From the NCBI GenBank assembly GCA_028711505.1, contig JAQTSC010000003.1:9397-73396 (forward strand): a DNA stretch of 64,000 bases. Direction: 5' to 3'. Positions 46,067 through 55,934 of the stretch are shown piece after piece. This DNA comes from Minisyncoccota bacterium (GTDB lineage Bacteria > Patescibacteriota > Minisyncoccia > JAHISW01 > Tagabacteraceae). The notes beneath the pieces are model-generated. The model was not told the origin of the DNA. It made no database searches and was given only the letters and a program-made list of their open reading frames with translations. A program made the translations under genes and the position numbers. Positions within the stretch are counted from its first letter, which is position 1. Each line of letters starts with the position of its first letter.

Positions 46067-47842
46067 ATGGAAGATCCCAATAAAGTAACTTATTTCGGGC
46101 GCACTAATTTTCGCAACGCGAAGGTTGATTTTGGCATTAAACAGAAAGACCGCACTAAGCATATGTATGTTATCGGAAAGACCGGTATGGGGAAGACTAC
46201 TCTTCTTGAAAATATGGCTGTTCAAGACATACGGAACGGCGAAGGCATCGCGATAGTTGATCCGCACGGTTCTTTCGCGGAAAAAATGCTGGATTATATT
46301 CCGAAAGAAAGAATAAAAGATGTCATATATTTCAACCCTGCCGATACTGAATTCCCGATAGCTTTTAACATCATGGAAGACGTGGGTCCCGAGCAAAGAT
46401 ATCTTGTGGCGTCCGGGCTTATGGGTGTTTTCAAAAAAATGTGGCCGGATGTCTGGTCCGCGAGAATGGAATATATTTTGAATAACGCCATCTTGGCTCT
46501 TTTGGAATATCCCGATGCCACTCTTCTTGGCGTAAACAGAATGCTTTCTGATAAGGAATATCGCAAAGAGGTGGTCGCGAACATATCGGATCCTGTTGTA
46601 AAAGCGTTTTGGGAGCAGGAATTTGCAAAATATACCGACAGGTTTGCCGCTGAAGCTACTCCCGCGATACAGAATAAAGTGGGTCAATTTACTTCAAATC
46701 CTTTGATAAGAAATATAATCGGCCAGCCGAAATCAAGTTTTGATTTCAGGCGAGTGATGGATGAAAAGAAAATAGTGATAATGAACTTATCAAAAGGGCT
46801 TATCGGAGAGCTTAATTCCCGGCTTATCGGCGCGATGCTCATAACAAAAATTTATCTTGCGGCGATGAGCCGCGCTTCGGCGAACGGCGAGAAACTTCCC
46901 GATTTTTATCTTTATGTCGATGAATTCCAGAATTTTGCCACGGAATCTTTTAAAGATATTCTTTCCGAAGCGAGGAAATACGGACTTGGGCTTATTTTGG
47001 CTCATCAATATATCGCGCAGATGGAAGAAGGCGTTGCGGACGCCGTCTTTGGAAACGTGGGCACACATATAATTTTCAGAGTCGGTCCTGCTGATGCCGA
47101 AGTTCTTGAAAAAGAATTTTCCCCCGATTTTGTGATAGAGGATATCGTGAATTTGGGTTTTGCCAGCATTTATCTCAAGCTCTCGATAGACGGCGTTCCT
47201 TCGCGTCCTTTTTCCGCCGCGACCTTGCCGCCGATAGAAAAACAAAGAGCGTCTTTCCGCGATGAAATTATAGATTTTTCGAGAATAACTTATTGCATCG
47301 CGAAAAAAGATGTTGAAAAAAAGATCATTGAATCTCTTGAACCGATTGAGAATACGGGAAGAAAAGAAGGAAAGACAAACCAGTCGTTTTCGCCTTCTGC
47401 CGTCAAAAACGAAGCAGAAAAAGAAGATAATCTTTCGGGAGGGCCCGAATTGTTTGAGGCGGTTTGCGCGGAATGCGGAAAACGCACGATGGTTCCTTTT
47501 CAGCCCGATGGAAAAAGACCTGTTTATTGTCAAAAACATAGACCGAAAAACGATGTTTCGGCTTTTGATTTCGGCCAACATGACCGCCAAAAAGAAAATA
47601 GGCAAAGAGAGATTAACAGAGAATTTTCCAATGCTTCGACGCCTCCCATGTCTTTGCGTGAACTTTCCGGAAACACTACGGAGTTCAAAAAGAAAATAAA
47701 AAAAACAGAGCCTGATTTTAAGGGGCTTCGAGAGCTTTTGGCGGAAGCCATGGGAAAAGATGTGTCTGGCGCTTCGGCGTCAGCAGATGGGAAAAGAGAT
47801 GATGCTAAAATTATAAAACCCGGAGATAGCGTGAAGTTTTGA
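46067..47842 (+). CDS. TraG/TraD/VirD4-like (FtsK/HerA superfamily) P-loop ATPase with C-terminal zinc ribbon
   Basis: Walker A VIGKTGMGKTTLL, IAIVDPHG, Walker B FYLYVDEFQNFA, LILAHQY; C-terminal CAECGKRTMVPFQPDGKRPVYCQKH followed by low-complexity tail. Confidence 0.65.
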   Translation: MEDPNKVTYFGRTNFRNAKVDFGIKQKDRTKHMYVIGKTGMGKTTLLENMAVQDIRNGEGIAIVDPHGSFAEKMLDYIPKERIKDVIYFNPADTEFPIAFNIMEDVGPEQRYLVASGLMGVFKKMWPDVWSARMEYILNNAILALLEYPDATLLGVNRMLSDKEYRKEVVANISDPVVKAFWEQEFAKYTDRFAAEATPAIQNKVGQFTSNPLIRNIIGQPKSSFDFRRVMDEKKIVIMNLSKGLIGELNSRLIGAMLITKIYLAAMSRASANGEKLPDFYLYVDEFQNFATESFKDILSEARKYGLGLILAHQYIAQMEEGVADAVFGNVGTHIIFRVGPADAEVLEKEFSPDFVIEDIVNLGFASIYLKLSIDGVPSRPFSAATLPPIEKQRASFRDEIIDFSRITYCIAKKDVEKKIIESLEPIENTGRKEGKTNQSFSPSAVKNEAEKEDNLSGGPELFEAVCAECGKRTMVPFQPDGKRPVYCQKHRPKNDVSAFDFGQHDRQKENRQREINREFSNASTPPMSLRELSGNTTEFKKKIKKTEPDFKGLRELLAEAMGKDVSGASASADGKRDDAKIIKPGDSVKF

Positions 47843-47848
47843 TGCGAT

Positions 47849-49330
47849 ATGAAATTTGGGTTTGTTATTTTTTTGTTTTTAGCCGTTCCGCTTTTGGCTT
47901 GCATGCCGCAAGGCGTGGTTTTTGCCGAAAGCGGTATTTTTATTAATGAAATAATGTATGACTTGGAAACGGGAAGCGATGACGGAAGAGAGTGGATTGA
48001 AATTTATAACGGAAGCGGCGTTGAAATTGATTTAAATAATTTCAGAATTTTTGAGGCCGATGTCAGTCATAAAATAATCCCGAAAGAGAAAGGAGAAAGT
48101 CTAATCATTTCATCCGGCGGTTTCGCGGTTGTCGCGGATAACCCCGCAAAATTTTTAATCGATTGGCCCGATTTTGGCGGAATTTTAGGGGACAGCTCTT
48201 TTTCTTTGAGCAACAAGGGAGAAACTCTAATTCTGGAAACTGCCGAACTTATTGATGTGGATAGTTTTGCTTACGCGCCGGAACTTGGCGCAAACGGGGA
48301 TGGAAATTCTCTTCAGAAAAATGGTTTAAACTGGGAGGCTTCATCTCCTACTCCCGGAGACGATAATTCATCGGTGGAACCGATTTCATTACTTGAAGAA
48401 GAGCCGGTTCTTCAGGTGCAGGAAGAAATGGTCAGCGATTCTGCGTTCGTGGCGCTCGTGCCTGAATTTCAGATAAAATCTTACGCGGGGAGCAACAAAA
48501 CGGTTGTTGCCGGAGCGTCCGTTGAATTTCGCGGCAACGGGTACAATGTTGACGGAACCTTACTCCAAAATCCACGCTATCTTTGGAATTTCGGCGATGG
48601 AGAAGTAAAGGACGGGCAAAATATTTTTCATACTTACAGGTATCCGGGAGAATATGTCGCGGCGCTTGATGTTTCTTCTGGCGGCTATTCTAATTTGGAC
48701 ACTCTTTTTGTAAAAGCTCTTCCGAATGAAATTTTCATTTCCGAAATAAAGACAGGAGCGGATTCTTTTGTCGAAATCAGGAATCCGTCAAAAGAAGAAA
48801 TAAATATTTCCGGCTGGCAGATAAAGTCCGGAGTCGATGTTTTTTGTTTCCCTCAGAACAGTTTTATAAGACCTTTAAGTTTTTTGGTCGCGCCTTTGTC
48901 TCTAAAAGAGATTATTTTGCCCGAAGGGAAAGGAAGCGTCAATCTTTTTTATTCAAATGATTACGCGGCGGACAAATTTGAATATAGCGGGAGTTTGGCT
49001 GGCGGGCAAAGTTTTTCCCGACTCTCAAAAGACTCTGCTGTTTTAATGACAAAAGAAACTCCGGGCGCGGAAAATAAACCGGCATCTTCCTTTGCTTCCG
49101 TCGGAGCTGATGGGGATAATCTGCAGGTTGTTTTTCAAAAACAAAAAGAAGCAGCAGCTCCGGAAGAAAAAGAAGAAATTGCTGAAAACGAAAGAGAAAT
49201 TATTTCGGAAAACAACACCGCTGCCGCCGCTATCGCTTCCAAAAAACCGTTTTTTCTCTACTTTTCGCTTGCCGGCGGAATTTCGATTTTAGCGGCTTTG
49301 GGATTTATCGTCATACGCCGCCAAGGTTGA
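47849..49330 (+). CDS. Secreted/surface-anchored protein with two lamin tail domains (LTD)
   Basis: Signal peptide; LTD 1 GIFINEIMYDLETGSDDGREWIEIYNGSGVEIDL; LTD 2 EIFISEIKTGADSFVEIRNPSKEEINISGWQI; C-terminal TM anchor FFLYFSLAGGISILAALGFIVIRRQG. Confidence 0.7.
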   Translation: MKFGFVIFLFLAVPLLACMPQGVVFAESGIFINEIMYDLETGSDDGREWIEIYNGSGVEIDLNNFRIFEADVSHKIIPKEKGESLIISSGGFAVVADNPAKFLIDWPDFGGILGDSSFSLSNKGETLILETAELIDVDSFAYAPELGANGDGNSLQKNGLNWEASSPTPGDDNSSVEPISLLEEEPVLQVQEEMVSDSAFVALVPEFQIKSYAGSNKTVVAGASVEFRGNGYNVDGTLLQNPRYLWNFGDGEVKDGQNIFHTYRYPGEYVAALDVSSGGYSNLDTLFVKALPNEIFISEIKTGADSFVEIRNPSKEEINISGWQIKSGVDVFCFPQNSFIRPLSFLVAPLSLKEIILPEGKGSVNLFYSNDYAADKFEYSGSLAGGQSFSRLSKDSAVLMTKETPGAENKPASSFASVGADGDNLQVVFQKQKEAAAPEEKEEIAENEREIISENNTAAAAIASKKPFFLYFSLAGGISILAALGFIVIRRQG

Positions 49331-50494
49331 TTTTAGAGTTTGTTTAAAATTAAAATCTCTGTTTATTTTTTCCCAAAGCTTGAAAGGGAGCTCGTTCCTT
49401 AATTTGGAATCTTCCATTATCTTTTTTATCGATTTTTTTATTTCAAGAGGGTTTGCCGGGTCTATGAGAATTCCTGTGTCTTTATCTTCTATTATTTCCC
49501 CGACTCCGCCTACGTTTGTCGCGATAACAGGAAGGGAAGCAAGCCCGGCTTCAAGAAGAACATAAGGCAGTCCTTCTTTTAGAGAGGGGAGGATGAAGAT
49601 GTCAAATGCTTTTAAATAAGGATAGGCAGGGTGGAGATTGTTTAAAAGAAAGATTTCTTTTTCCAGTTTGTAGTCTGAAATTTGTCTCTCGAGTTTTTGC
49701 TTGTCTTCTCCAAAACCGATTATTACTGTCTTTATTTTGTTTTTCGTTTCGTTGTTTTCTTTGTGGATGTTCTTTAATTTTAAAATTGCGTCTACGAGAT
49801 ATTTTTGTCCTTTGTTTTTTGTGAATTCGCCTATTGAACCGATTAGGAAATCGTAATCCGAAAGAGGCAATCCGTATTCGGCAATCAATTTTTCTCTGGC
49901 TTTTTGTTTCGTTAGAAATTCATGTTCTTCTATCTTAATGCCGTTATGTATGGCTAGAAGTTTTTTGCGCGGGGCAATTTTGTTTTTTATGGCGATTTTG
50001 CGGTCAAATTCCGAAACGCAAATTATTTTTTTATAAAAGAGACAAGTGATTTTGCTGAAAATTTTTATGAGAAATAATTGCCATTCGGGGCGTTTTTCAT
50101 TAAATGTCCAGCCGTGAGCGGTAAAAACAGAGGGAAGCGAGTAGTGAAAAGATAAAATTTTGTAAATTAATATTGCCGGGCCCGCGATACCGCCGGCTTT
50201 CGGGCTTGAAACGTGGATTATGTCCGGTCGTATCCTGAAGACAAGAGCGACGATTTCGAAAAAAGCCGAAATATCTTTTAAAAAACTTACATCCCGCTGG
50301 AAGTTTTTTATTTCAAAATATGGAATAGCTTTTACAATAATTTTTTTACGCAATTCTCCTCCCGGAGCGCCGGCAACGGATACGTCAAAATTTTCTCTTG
50401 GCAGCGCGGTTGCCAAATCGTAAACGTATTTTCCTGCTCCTGCCCATACGGATTTAGTGATTATATAGAGTATTTTTTTGGGTTTTTTATCCAT
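49289..50494 (-). CDS. Glycosyltransferase family 4 (GT-B, group 1)
   Basis: C-terminal EGLPYVLLEAGLASLPVIATNVGG motif; probable start MDKKPKKILYIITKS at 50494; tracked ORF to 50608 overlaps divergent gene. Confidence 0.7.
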   Translation of the reverse strand: MDKKPKKILYIITKSVWAGAGKYVYDLATALPRENFDVSVAGAPGGELRKKIIVKAIPYFEIKNFQRDVSFLKDISAFFEIVALVFRIRPDIIHVSSPKAGGIAGPAILIYKILSFHYSLPSVFTAHGWTFNEKRPEWQLFLIKIFSKITCLFYKKIICVSEFDRKIAIKNKIAPRKKLLAIHNGIKIEEHEFLTKQKAREKLIAEYGLPLSDYDFLIGSIGEFTKNKGQKYLVDAILKLKNIHKENNETKNKIKTVIIGFGEDKQKLERQISDYKLEKEIFLLNNLHPAYPYLKAFDIFILPSLKEGLPYVLLEAGLASLPVIATNVGGVGEIIEDKDTGILIDPANPLEIKKSIKKIMEDSKLRNELPFKLWEKINRDFNFKQTLKSTLAAYDDKSQSR

Positions 50495-50561
50495 GATTTT
50501 GCTATAATCGTTATTATAATCGCTTTTAGGGCGTTTTAGTATCATTTTTGCTTTGTAAAAC

Positions 50562-51581
50562 ATGGCGAGAGGAAAAAATATAAAAATTAATTTTCCGCTT
50601 ATTAACACCCATACTCACGCGGCAATGACGGCTTTTCGCGGCATGGCGGAAGATCTGCCGTTAAAAGATTGGCTTGAAAAATATATTTGGCCCGCGGAAA
50701 AGGAAAAAGTCCGGCCGGAATTTGTTTATAAAAATACGAAAGAGGCCATTCAAGAGATGAAGAGAAACGGAATAAAAGTTTTTAATGATATGTATTTTTT
50801 CAGCGAAGAAGTTGCCCGTGCGGCTGAGGAAGAAAAAATAATGGCGGTTGTCGGCGAAGTTATCTTGGATTTTCCGACAAACAGCGCCGAAACCCCGGAG
50901 GAAGCGCTTCAAAAAACCGAAAAACTTATTTTGAAATACAAAAATAATCCGTTTATTTCCGTTGCCGCGGCTCCTCATTCAATATATGCGCTTTCGGAAA
51001 AGTGGCTTGTTGAAGCGAAAAATTTGGCAAGAAAATATGGCGTGCTTTATCATATCCATCTTTCCGAAACAAAAAAAGAATTTGACGATTGCGCGGCAAA
51101 GACAGGTTTAACTCCTGTCGGCTACATGAACAAACTCGGGCTTTTGGATGACAAAACGATTTTGGCTCATTGCGTTTGGCTAGCGGATGAAGATATGGAT
51201 ATTCTTTCAAAAACAAAAGCGAACGTCAGTCATTGTCCTTTGAGCAATTTAAAGCTCGGCTCCGGAATTGCGCCGATTTCCAAAATGCTTGAGAAAGGAG
51301 TGAATATCTGTCTGGGCACCGACGGAGCCGCCAGTTCAAACCGATTGGATATCTGGGAAGCGGGGAAATTTGCCGCTCTTCTCCAGAAAGGAATAACCAA
51401 TGACCCGTCAAAGATTTCAGCGAAGGATGTAATGGAAATGATGAGCGTAAACGGGTTAAAGGCGTTGGGTATAAGCGAATTTGAAGGGAAAGGCGTCGCG
51501 GAAATGAAAAACGAAATTGAAAACTCAGGCGATTTTTCGCAGCTTTATGAGCTTGGATCCGGAGAAATTGATTTTCATTGA
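50562..51581 (+). CDS. Amidohydrolase-family metal-dependent deaminase (MtaD/SsnA/guanine-deaminase-like)
   Basis: INTHTHAAMTAFRG metal-binding HxH motif; HIHLSE and CLGTDGAAS downstream motifs. Confidence 0.6.
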   Translation: MARGKNIKINFPLINTHTHAAMTAFRGMAEDLPLKDWLEKYIWPAEKEKVRPEFVYKNTKEAIQEMKRNGIKVFNDMYFFSEEVARAAEEEKIMAVVGEVILDFPTNSAETPEEALQKTEKLILKYKNNPFISVAAAPHSIYALSEKWLVEAKNLARKYGVLYHIHLSETKKEFDDCAAKTGLTPVGYMNKLGLLDDKTILAHCVWLADEDMDILSKTKANVSHCPLSNLKLGSGIAPISKMLEKGVNICLGTDGAASSNRLDIWEAGKFAALLQKGITNDPSKISAKDVMEMMSVNGLKALGISEFEGKGVAEMKNEIENSGDFSQLYELGSGEIDFH

Positions 51582-51650
51582 CACGGCGCGGTTCAGATAG
51601 TAGTTTTACAATAGCTCTTTATATTAAAAAAGAAAGCGAGGTGCTAAAAA

Positions 51651-52082
51651 ATGCTGAATATGATTCTTTTTGATACGAATGCCAGAGAAGGCGAAATTCT
51701 TTTCTTGTTGGCCAGCCGCGGAAGACATGCGGATATCCCAGGCTATCAGTCCGTTCAAAGTTTTTTTCTTGATAAAGGCATTGTGATTTTTTCCCGGCTT
51801 GATTGTTCCCCCGCGGATTCTTTTAAAGTGGGAGTAGCCGGAAACAGCCTTTTTACAACGTTAACATTTGCTGACGAGATTAAAGATTGGCTTTTGAAGT
51901 GGAAAATTACTTTTGAGCAGGCGCGCTTGGAATTTTTTTCTAAAAAAGAAGCTCGGCGGTACTTTGGCGGGTTAAGAGAAGAAACTGAAAAAAATCGCGG
52001 ATTTAATTTGAGGTGGGTTCGTGAAAAAATATCTCGGTATAAAGAAGCGGAGGAAATAGACCTTGCGAATTTGCGTTCGTGA
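51651..52082 (+). CDS. Hypothetical protein
   Basis: 143 aa, RBS upstream; terminator downstream. Confidence 0.3.
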   Translation: MLNMILFDTNAREGEILFLLASRGRHADIPGYQSVQSFFLDKGIVIFSRLDCSPADSFKVGVAGNSLFTTLTFADEIKDWLLKWKITFEQARLEFFSKKEARRYFGGLREETEKNRGFNLRWVREKISRYKEAEEIDLANLRS

Positions 52083-52117
52083 GTGTTTTGAACACAGGCG
52101 GAAAGCGTAATATAAAA

Positions 52118-52147
52118 GTCCCGGTTTTAGCCGGGACTTTTTTGTTT
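52118..52147 (+). terminator. Rho-independent terminator
   Basis: aaagtcccggttttagccgggacttt hairpin followed by tttg. Confidence 0.55.
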
Positions 52148-52217
52148 TTTGCCTTTTGCTGAAACCCGCGGTCTTTTTAAAAAGTTTACCTTTTGGTAGA
52201 GTAAATATAAGAATATT

Positions 52218-53381
52218 ATGAAAATCCTTATCGCAACCGGTATTTATCCGCCCGATATCGGCGGTCCGGCGGTTATGCTTGAGGCGCTTGCCAGTTCTCT
52301 TGAAGAATCCGGTTTTGAAGTAAAAATTATCACTTATTCCGACAGGGGCGGAATTGAAGGCGGAAAAATTTTTAGGATCTCAAGAAAACTTCCTTCGGCC
52401 GCAAGGTATATCCGGTATTTTTTTAGAATGGCGGGACTTTTAAGGCGAGCGGACATCATTTATGTGACCGACGTTTATAGCGTCGGTTATTTCGCTTATT
52501 TTCTTAAAAAAATATCGGGTAAAAAGTATGTGGTGCGTTTTGCCGGAGACAGCGCGTGGGAAAAAGCGGCTGCGTCCGGGGCAATAAAAGAAAATCTCCT
52601 GGAATTTCAGGAAAAGAAATATGGGAAGGAAATTGAAAAAGCAAAAAATAAAAGAAAAAAAATTCTTCTTTTCGCGGACGGGATAATTTGCGTAAGTGAG
52701 TTTATGAAAAAAATCGCGTTAAAAATCGGAGTGGATGAGAGAAAAATAAAGGTAATCTATAATTCGGCTGATTTTATGGATTGCGGTTCTGACGATACCG
52801 CTGTTTCAATTATAAAAAATAAATACGCTCCGAATGGAGAAAAAATAATTTTAACCGCGTGCAGACTTGTGCCGTGGAAAGGAATAGACGGCGTTATCAA
52901 AGCGATTCCGGAGATAGAGAGAAAAGTCGGTTCCGTGAAGTTTTTAGTTTTGGGTGATGGTCCGGAAAAGGAAAATTTAAAGAGGCTTTCGGAAGAAAAA
53001 AGAATCTCCGGGAAGATTTGTTTTTTGGGGAAAATAGGGAGGGATGATATTTTTGATTATTTCAAAGCCGCCGACGTTTTTGTTTTAAACAGCAAATATG
53101 AAGGTTTTTCTCACACCGTTCTTGAAGCCATGAAAACGGGTGTCCCTGTTGTCGTGTCAAACGAGGGGGGAAATCCGGAAGTTGTCGAAAGCGGGAAAAG
53201 CGGTTTTTTGGTTGAATATAACAATGAAAGCCAGATAGCGGAAGCGATTTCCCGCATCTTGGACGACAAAAAATTGGCCGAAGCTCTTTGCGCCGGAGCC
53301 AAAGAAAGATTGGAAAATTTCAATTGGGGCAATGTTGCGGGAGAAACGATTAAAATTTTTAAAGAGCTATCTTCAAAATGA
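52218..53381 (+). CDS. Glycosyltransferase family 4
   Basis: EGFSHTVLEAMKTGVPVVVSNEGG C-terminal GT4 motif. Confidence 0.8.
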   Translation: MKILIATGIYPPDIGGPAVMLEALASSLEESGFEVKIITYSDRGGIEGGKIFRISRKLPSAARYIRYFFRMAGLLRRADIIYVTDVYSVGYFAYFLKKISGKKYVVRFAGDSAWEKAAASGAIKENLLEFQEKKYGKEIEKAKNKRKKILLFADGIICVSEFMKKIALKIGVDERKIKVIYNSADFMDCGSDDTAVSIIKNKYAPNGEKIILTACRLVPWKGIDGVIKAIPEIERKVGSVKFLVLGDGPEKENLKRLSEEKRISGKICFLGKIGRDDIFDYFKAADVFVLNSKYEGFSHTVLEAMKTGVPVVVSNEGGNPEVVESGKSGFLVEYNNESQIAEAISRILDDKKLAEALCAGAKERLENFNWGNVAGETIKIFKELSSK

Positions 53382-54823
53382 AAGGCATCCTCCTTATAAA
53401 TCCGGCTTTTAATATCGCGAAAGAAAATTACGACAGTTCTGTTTCTGTCGGTCTTTTAAGTATCGCTTCTTATCTTAAAAGCAAAGGTATTCCCGTAAAA
53501 ATTATAGACGCGGCGCGCCAGAAAAACTATCGTAAACTTATTGAAAAAGAAGCCGTAGATTTTGATTATGTCGGGCTTTCCGTGATGACTACGCAAATTC
53601 CTTCCGCTTTTGAGATCGCGGAAATTGTGAGAAAAGTCAATCCTGCGGCGAAAATAGTTTGGGGAGGCCCTCATCCGACTTTTTTCGCGAGACAGACAGC
53701 GGAGAATTCTCTTGTTGATATCGTATGCAACGGAGAAGGCGAGGAAGTGGCTTATGAAATTTTAAGCGGGAAAGAATTAAAAAGCATAAACGGTATCGTT
53801 TTTAAGGATAACGCCGACGTTATTGTTAACCCGCCGCACGAACTTCACGATCCTTCAAAAATGCCTCTTTTTAACTGGGATTTGATTGAAGAAGATGTCC
53901 TTAAAAATTTGAAACTTATCCCGTCTCTTACTTCGCGCGGATGCCCTCATCGCTGCACTTTCTGTATCAATGCCATTTTAAAAAATAAATGGAGGCCGAG
54001 AACTGTTGATCAAGTGCTTGATGATTTGCGAAAAATAAAATCAAAGAAGTTTTTTCAGGGAAAAAATTTGAGGTTTTGGGATGAGAATTTTTTCGTGGAC
54101 ATAATCCGCGCCAAAAAGATAATAGAAGGAATTATCAGGGAAGACATTATAATTCCTTGGGAGACGACAGTCCGCGCCAATTATCTGCAAAACGGCATGA
54201 TTGACGATGATTTTTTAAAAAAATTAAAGCAATCGGGATGCTATCTTTTGTCGTTTGGAGCGGAATCCGGCTGCCCGAGAATGCTTAATGTGATGAAAAA
54301 GGATATTTCCCCGGAAGATATTTTAAGAGCGGCGGAGATGAGCTTGCGGCATGGAATTGTTCCCCAGTTTTCGTTTATGATAGGCCTTCCCGGGGAGAGC
54401 AAAAGCGATATGTTTGCGACCTTAAGGCTTATAGATAAATTGGTAAAATTCGGCGATAAAATCCAGATTTTGGGGCCGCAGGCCTTCCGTCCGTACCCCG
54501 GCTCGGAACTTTATGAGGAGTGTTTGAAAGCCGGCTGGAAAGAGCCCCTATCGCTTGAAGAATGGGGAAATCTGGCAAAAGACGAGCTGAATTATCTTTC
54601 GGTAAAAAATTTTCCATGGGTGAAAGACAAAGATTTTGTGGAATCAATGGAAGCGTATGTGAGGTTCGGGGCCCACTCTTTCAAAAGCGCCATCGGTTCT
54701 TCGGTAAAAGCCCCGTTTTTTATAAAGCTTGGCTTTGTTTTGCTTTGCAAGTTCAGATGGAAGCTTAAATTTTTCTTTTTTCCGTTTGAATTCAAAATAG
54801 CCAAAATGTTTTTAACGAAATAA
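53378..54823 (+). CDS. B12-binding (cobalamin) radical SAM enzyme
   Basis: N-terminal B12-binding fold followed by radical SAM core with CPHRCTFC (CxxxCxxC). Confidence 0.75.
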   Translation: MKGILLINPAFNIAKENYDSSVSVGLLSIASYLKSKGIPVKIIDAARQKNYRKLIEKEAVDFDYVGLSVMTTQIPSAFEIAEIVRKVNPAAKIVWGGPHPTFFARQTAENSLVDIVCNGEGEEVAYEILSGKELKSINGIVFKDNADVIVNPPHELHDPSKMPLFNWDLIEEDVLKNLKLIPSLTSRGCPHRCTFCINAILKNKWRPRTVDQVLDDLRKIKSKKFFQGKNLRFWDENFFVDIIRAKKIIEGIIREDIIIPWETTVRANYLQNGMIDDDFLKKLKQSGCYLLSFGAESGCPRMLNVMKKDISPEDILRAAEMSLRHGIVPQFSFMIGLPGESKSDMFATLRLIDKLVKFGDKIQILGPQAFRPYPGSELYEECLKAGWKEPLSLEEWGNLAKDELNYLSVKNFPWVKDKDFVESMEAYVRFGAHSFKSAIGSSVKAPFFIKLGFVLLCKFRWKLKFFFFPFEFKIAKMFLTK

Positions 54824-54830
54824 AACGCCG

Positions 54831-55934
54831 ATGATTGTTTTAATGATAAGCACGGACAGAAATATTTTTGATAAAGATTCCGGAGTCAGAAACCGGATGA
54901 TTGAATATGGGGGGCTTATCGATGAATTGAATATAATCGTTTTCTCTCGAGGGGAGAAATTAGGAAAACAAACTTTCGGCAATGTTTCTGTTTATCCGAC
55001 GAATTCAAAGAGCCGATGGTTTTATGTTTTTGACGCGATAAAGACCGGAAAGAAAATTAAAAAACCGGATTTGATAACTTCTCAGGACGCTTTTGAGTGC
55101 GGATTGGCGGGTTGGCGGCTCTCGAAATATTTTAATACCAAGCTGCAGCTGCAAATTCACTCGGATTTTTTAAGCCCGTATTTTCGCAAGGAGTCGCTTT
55201 TAAACCAAGCACGGGTTTTTATAGCCGAATTTTTGATTTCTCGGGCTTGCTGCGCGCGCGCCGTAAGCCGCCGCATAAAAGAATCGCTCAAATTAAAATT
55301 TAAGAATGAAAATTTAAGGATAGAAACAATCCCTGTTTTTGTCGACGTCCAGAAAATTAAAGACGCGGAGATTAGAATTGATATTCGCAAAAAATATCCT
55401 CAATTTGATTTTGTGATTTTGATGGCAAGCAGGTTCAGCCGGGAAAAGAATATCGGGCTTGCCATAGACACAATGGCTGAGGTCGTAAAAAAGCATCCGA
55501 AAACAGGTTTGGTCATTGTCGGCAGAGGTCCCGAAGAAAATAATTTAAAATCCAAAATTAAAAGTTTAAATTTAGCGGATAGCGTCGTTTTAGAGCCGTG
55601 GTCGGATGATTTGGTTTCTTATTATAAAACAGCGGATTTATTCTTGCTTACGTCGAATTATGAGGGTTATGGAATGTCGGTTCTGGAGGCAATGTCTTCC
55701 GGATGCCCTGTTTTGATGACAGATGTCGGGTTGGCGGGCGAGGTTTTGATAAACGGGGAAAACGGGGTTGTTATTTCGCCGGGAGATAAAAAAGCTTTGG
55801 TTTCTGCCGTGGATAATTTAATTTCCGACAGAAGCGTTTTGGAAAATTTTAAGAGAAGTTTTATCGCGACGGATTTCAAAAGCAAGAAAGATTATCTTAG
55901 CGCTTATAAAAAATCATGGGAAAATTGCCAGTAA
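54831..55934 (+). CDS. Glycosyltransferase family 4
   Basis: EGYGMSVLEAMSSGCPVLMTDVGLAGEV motif. Confidence 0.8.
   Translation: MIVLMISTDRNIFDKDSGVRNRMIEYGGLIDELNIIVFSRGEKLGKQTFGNVSVYPTNSKSRWFYVFDAIKTGKKIKKPDLITSQDAFECGLAGWRLSKYFNTKLQLQIHSDFLSPYFRKESLLNQARVFIAEFLISRACCARAVSRRIKESLKLKFKNENLRIETIPVFVDVQKIKDAEIRIDIRKKYPQFDFVILMASRFSREKNIGLAIDTMAEVVKKHPKTGLVIVGRGPEENNLKSKIKSLNLADSVVLEPWSDDLVSYYKTADLFLLTSNYEGYGMSVLEAMSSGCPVLMTDVGLAGEVLINGENGVVISPGDKKALVSAVDNLISDRSVLENFKRSFIATDFKSKKDYLSAYKKSWENCQ

Noticed and set aside
46061-47605. 208-aa and 271-aa minus-strand ORFs
   Set aside because: They are antisense within the TraG/VirD4-like ATPase gene, with Arg/Lys/Phe-rich junk composition. The + strand product has clear Walker motifs.
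50495-50608. Extended N-terminus of the GT4 gene overlapping the divergent amidohydrolase start
   Set aside because: The internal Met (MDKKPKKILYIITKS) gives a canonical GT4 N-terminus. The extension is hydrophobic junk and would overlap the neighbouring gene's start and promoter.
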